Shown here in pieces: positions 62,994-64,000 of a stretch of 64,000 nucleotides of DNA. A program made the translations under genes and the position numbers. The notes under the pieces are model-generated. The model was not told the DNA's origin and ran no database searches. It saw only the letters and a program-made list of their open reading frames with translations. The stretch comes from an uncultured Acidobacteriota bacterium. GTDB lineage: Bacteria; Acidobacteriota; Vicinamibacteria; Fen-336. Each line of letters opens with the position of its first letter. Within the stretch, counting starts at the first letter, position 1. The DNA lies in NCBI GenBank assembly GCA_963724555.1, contig CAVRVE010000002.1, positions 4,879 to 68,878 on the forward strand, in the 5' to 3' direction.

Positions 62994-64000
62994 CTCCGTG
63001 ACCGGCGTGGTGAGGCCCGCGGCTTCTCCGAACATGAAGTTCAGCAGGTACTGGTCGACCTTGCGGTAGAGCAGGCGCGCGGTGACCGTCAGACTCACCG
63101 CCCGCGGCCGGGCGCCGTGAACCGCGAAGCCTTGCTCGCGCCGGTCCGGGGCGCGCCGCGCTCGCGTTGCCCGGGCAGCGGAACGCGTACTCCGCGGTGT
63201 CCGAGAAGCCCGGGAAGAGCGAGCGGCGGTAGCGCACGCCCACCATCTCCCAGAGGTTGTGCCGGTCGATCAGGTTGCCGTACTGGTCGACCGGCTCGGC
63301 CTTGAACATGAAGGTCCCCGGCTCGATGAAGTGCCGCTCGTCGCGACGCCCCGACGCGAAGACCACGCTGCCCGTCGGCGTCGGTCACCGTCAGCTCGAC
63401 CCACGCCTGGATGATGTCGAGCGGGCCGGTCGGGAAGTCGTGGCCGACCTTGTTCGACGTGACGACGGCCCGGACGCTGATCGGGCTCGCCCGGCAGCTG
63501 CGCTCTTCGGGCACGTCCAGCTCGAGCGACGACCGCCGGGCCCTTCGCCCACTTGTCGGCGATCTCGGGGATCTCGTAGTCGTCCCCGCAGCCACTCTCC
63601 GACCAGCGCGACCTGCTCCTCGCCCCCCGGCAGCTTGAGCAGCGCCGGCATCACCTGGTTCGCGCCGAGGAAGCGATGGCTGCGGTGCGTGCCGTCGGTC
63701 GGCGGAGCGGTTGTAGTCGAGCGCGTCGCCCGCCGCCGGATCGTGCGAGGCCGCGAGCGGCATGTGGCACTCGCGGCACTCGATCGTCTTGCGCGGCGTC
63801 GCCCGGGTGGTTCCAGCGGCTCTTGCGCCAGTTGTCGTACTGGTTCTGGAGCTGCACCCAGCCGACGTTGTTGACCTCCTGGTCGATGAACTGCTTGTGG
63901 CAGGCGGCGCAGTACTCGGGCGTCTTGAACAGGCGCTTCGAGAGCTCGGCGACGTGCTGCCGCGGGTAGGCGCGGATCAGGAAGTCGCGCGGCGACGCGC
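62994..64000 (-). pseudogene. multihaem c-type cytochrome (partial, continues beyond the right edge), frame-disrupted; 3' boundary not resolvable
   Basis: Two CxxCH motifs on the minus strand: YCAACHKQF (about 63897-63911) and ECRECHMPL (about 63764-63778). Downstream pieces SNKVGHDFPTGPLDIIQAWVELTVTDADG, FIEPGTFMFKAEPVDQYGNLIDRHNLWEMVGVRYRRSLFPGFSD and VTARLLYRKVDQYLLNFMFGE lie in different frames. Confidence 0.6.

Overview
High-GC bacterial chromosomal segment. By eye it is about 55-65% G+C in parts of the first 10 kb and about 70-75% afterwards. It is most likely from an uncultured soil or sediment lineage, Myxococcota/deltaproteobacteria-like. That placement is an inference from gene content only: two Hanks kinases, FHA domains in three proteins, a PP2C phosphatase, an ECF sigma factor and a CRTAC1/ASPIC protein. 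I resolve about 48 tightly packed protein genes. I found no rRNA, tRNA, CRISPR array, transposase, integrase or phage genes. Recognisable content: a DcaP-like porin; a NarL-type two-component pair; a ClC channel; a trehalose locus (MarR, membrane-anchored OtsA-OtsB fusion, divergent GH15); a CPA2 antiporter; an ECF sigma/anti-sigma operon followed by a large peptidase/propeller/Omp85-like protein; an RsbW-RsbV-(FHA-GAF-PP2C) partner-switching module coupled to a quinol NO reductase; prolyl oligopeptidase; a B12-radical SAM enzyme; a biotin carboxylase/BCCP - Tat-exported protein - HMG-CoA lyase - REC-kinase operon; GTP-PEP carboxykinase; M28 peptidase; DUF1015; an HD-GYP phosphodiesterase; a sulfatase; two GT-C-like membrane proteins; and a multihaem cytochrome - CRTAC1 - TPR operon. 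Two sequence-level peculiarities dominate. First, roughly half of the genes are broken by many single-base frameshifts, and the damage is patchy. I type these genes as pseudogene, meaning frame-disrupted as sequenced; assembly indels are an equally good explanation. Second, otsA contains a 159-bp in-frame tandem duplication whose copies differ mostly at synonymous sites. I see no clear-cut novel multi-gene system such as a defence island. The most unusual architectures are listed as findings with moderate scores. Most very long ORFs in the six-frame track are high-GC artefacts. Coordinates of shifted genes and of motifs read from the sequence may be off by a base or two.
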